Under the pieces are notes generated by a model, which was not told the origin of the DNA, searched no databases, and saw only the letters and a program-made list of their open reading frames with translations. Below, piece by piece: positions 61,041 to 64,000 of a stretch of 64,000 nt of DNA. This DNA is from the human T2T-CHM13v2.0 reference genome, Homo sapiens. Position 1 is the stretch's first letter. The number at the start of each line of letters is the position of its first letter. The stretch lies in NCBI RefSeq assembly GCF_009914755.1, contig NC_060927.1; one strand, 5' to 3'. The position numbers and the translations under genes are program-made.

Positions 61041-61521
61041 CTTTAAAATACCATAATTCTCTGTCCATGGTTAAGAAGGTTCCTGTGTAATATATGTAAT
61101 TCCATTCTGTAAGTTTTATTATGGTCTGATAGTTTTAGTAAGAGTTATCAAACCCACTGGAATATTTAAATGATTAAATAACCCGAAAAAGTTACTGTTT
61201 TGAAAGTATCACAGTCATGAGCAAATAATCTAAATTAGGCAGATTAAATACCAAAATTGAACCTGACAGGCTGACCCTGATCCTGAAAGGCTCTGACCTT
61301 TTCCTGGTGGCATTGGTTCAAACATCCATCCCCTCTCTTCTCTCCAAAAAACATGGAAAGGAACTTGTGTAACTGGGATTTGGTGAGCTCCCAATACCCT
61401 TTTCTCACAACTCCAGTGACATTCCCACGGAGGAAGGGACTCTATAATCTATTCTGTTAAATGGTGAGAAGCATCATTTTTTCGTCTTAGCAGTCTTATA
61501 TTAGAGTAACAAATGGGTATC

Positions 61522-61820
61522 TTTTTTTTTTTTTTTTCTGAGATGGAGTCTCGCTCTGTCGCCCAGGCTGGAGTGCGGTGGTGCCATCTCGGCTCAGTGC
61601 AAGCTCTGCCTCCCGGGTTCACGCCATTCTCCTGCCTCAGCCTCCTGAGTAGCTGGGACCACAGGCGCCCAAGACCACGCTCAGCTAATTTTTTGTATTT
61701 TTAGTAGAGACGTGGTTTCACCGTGTTAGCTAGAATGGTCTCGATCTCCTGACCTGGTGATCCACCCGCCTCAGCCTCCCAAAGTGCTGGGATTACAGAC
61801 GTGAGCCACCACGCCCAGCC
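61522..61820 (-). mobile_element. AluY SINE
   Basis: 17-bp TSD acaaatgggtatctttt at 61509-61525 and 61821-61837. Confidence 0.93.
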
Positions 61821-62994
61821 ACAAATGGGTATCTTTTGATTCAAATTTGTCTTGTATCCAAAATAGGTACATGTGATCAAGGCAAAAAGAAATAAAAATA
61901 TATAACATTTGATTGTGAGTAATCTTTTCATTACACCTAATGTTAATGTGTTCATGATTGCAGAAGGTGTAAATAACCATTTCTTAGATGTCTAGTTTAT
62001 TAATCACAGAAATATCTGGAGAAAAGAACAGGATTTTTTATTCTCACAGAGAATTGTTGATTGGGACTTTCTTGACCCGTAAGATGTAAAGGTTAAGGTT
62101 GTCTTTGTTGCTTTCTTTTAAATTAAATCCAAGTGCATCTTAATTAGGTTAAATACTTGGTTTTGGACCAAAAAATAGGGACTTCAACAAGCTACACTAT
62201 AACTTATACCAACTGAAGTTGGTAGCTTTTACCTTCCTTCATCATTGCAGTTCTTACTAAAATGGAATTAGTGGGAGATGTTTCTTAAAGGATTATATTT
62301 GAAGGTTTTCTGGAAACCAAAGTGTGAAAAGTTGAAGCACTCATCAGTATGGCATGACATGAATTTGAAGTTTTTTAAAGGCAAGCAAGCAGAATCTTTT
62401 GGCATACCCTAATCTAAAAATATCACTTGATTAGATTCACTTTTCAATATTCCTTTTAATTCTATGGTACGGTTTTTAATGTGCCCTTATTTCTCTAAGA
62501 AAAAAATGAAGAGCTAGAATCTAAAAATAAAACCCGTACTTAATACACAAGCTAAATATACTCCCAAGTTTTCTCACTGCTACATTAATTCAATGAAATC
62601 TAATTTAGGCTAGTACCACTGTTATGAATAAAGATGAATACACATTACCAGTTCACATTGTGTTGTAGCATTTTTCTTTGAGACTTATCGGAAGAAATGT
62701 TAATTGCTTAAGTCCTTACATAAGATCCGGTGTTCTTTAAAGTTTTCTTGAAGAGAGATTAAGGGAAAGGTGACAACTAAGTTTGCATTTATTTTTAGCT
62801 TCATCCTATTCTATTGCTGTATTCCCAAAGTAGTCATCCTGACTTTATAGCATTCCTTAAGAGTTAACTTTCCAAAACCCAGATACTATAATGTTGCTCA
62901 GTACCCCACCCCTACTTCATACTCAGATTCCTACAGTAGCCCTTGTTGCTTATAAGAGTATTCCCAAACTGGTGAATTCTGCTCCTGCCCAATG

Positions 62995-63295
62995 TTTTGT
63001 TATTGTTGTTGTTTTCATAGAGATAGAGTCTTGCTCTGTCACCCAGGCTAGAGGGCAGGGGCATGATCAAAGCTCACTGCAGCCTACAACTCCTGGGCTG
63101 AAGTGATCCTCCTGCCTCAGCCTCCTGAGTAGCTAGAATTATAGGTGTGCACCACCATGCCCAACTAATTTTTTAATTTTTTGTCAAGCTGGGGTCTCAC
63201 TATGTTGTCCAGGCTGGTCTTGAATTCCAAGCTATCCTCCTGCCTCAGCCTCCCAAAGCACTGGGATTACAGGCGTGAACCACCACTCCCAGACC
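62995..63295 (-). mobile_element. AluJ-like SINE
   Basis: Antisense Alu with AluJ diagnostics. Confidence 0.9.
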
Positions 63296-63317
63296 AGAAT
63301 GTTAATTTAGAAAGCTA

Positions 63318-63626
<309 letters not shown>

Positions 63627-63922
63627 CTCCAAAGAGTTCAGTGCCCAGATGTTAGATTAAACAAGTCCCTTTACTGCAAAGTTTTTTTGTGCAGAATGAA
63701 CTGAATCTCCAAGAGTTCAATATAGTTTTTAACCTTTCACAACTTAATCATAAAATATTTGTAAGGCATTCCTGTTTAGTAAGATTATTCTGTGGAAGAC
63801 AAAGTAAAATTCTAGGGTGTTAACAATGTCTGTTACACTATGACCCTTACTCACATTTCTTGCTTCATGTCTTTTATTTTTGTGCAGATACCTTACTACT
63901 GTTTGATGACCACACTGAGTAT

Positions 63923-64000
63923 TTTTTTTTTTTTTTTTTGGTATAAATTTAGAAGGTAAAAGTGCAATTTTGTTTCATGGATATATCCTGTAGTGGTGAA
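63923..64000 (-). mobile_element. 3' end of an L1MA-like element running off the window
   Basis: Poly-T then gtgcaattttgtttcatggatatatcctgtagtggtgaa. Confidence 0.6.

Overview
Primate (most likely human) genomic DNA lying inside the contactin-4 gene (CNTN4, + strand). I recognise two coding exons: 2188-2314 (127 bp, [14 protein letters not shown]...KPHIR) and 11476-11651 (176 bp, [11 protein letters not shown]...EAKLQFA). Together they encode the first Ig-like domain. The signal-peptide exon and the next exon (expected to begin ...YLDNFK) are not visible, so the rest of the window is intron. The introns are AT-rich and full of repeats: about 30 Alus (many with readable TSDs), L1, L2, L3 and MIR remnants, ERV1/MaLR/ERVL solo LTRs, hAT remnants and micro/minisatellites. 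Nearly all other ORFs in the track are repeat-derived or chance. I do not see a new multi-gene system. The most interesting leads are RNA-processing and insertion-mechanism hypotheses: a possible 303-nt stop-free circular RNA, two candidate cryptic Alu exons, a complex fold-back/Alu-capture junction, serial Alu insertion at one target site, closely spaced inverted Alus, a CA-containing minisatellite next to an exon, and a sense-oriented LTR1. Repeat subfamily names come from memory of consensus sequences, and repeat boundaries are approximate unless a TSD is quoted.
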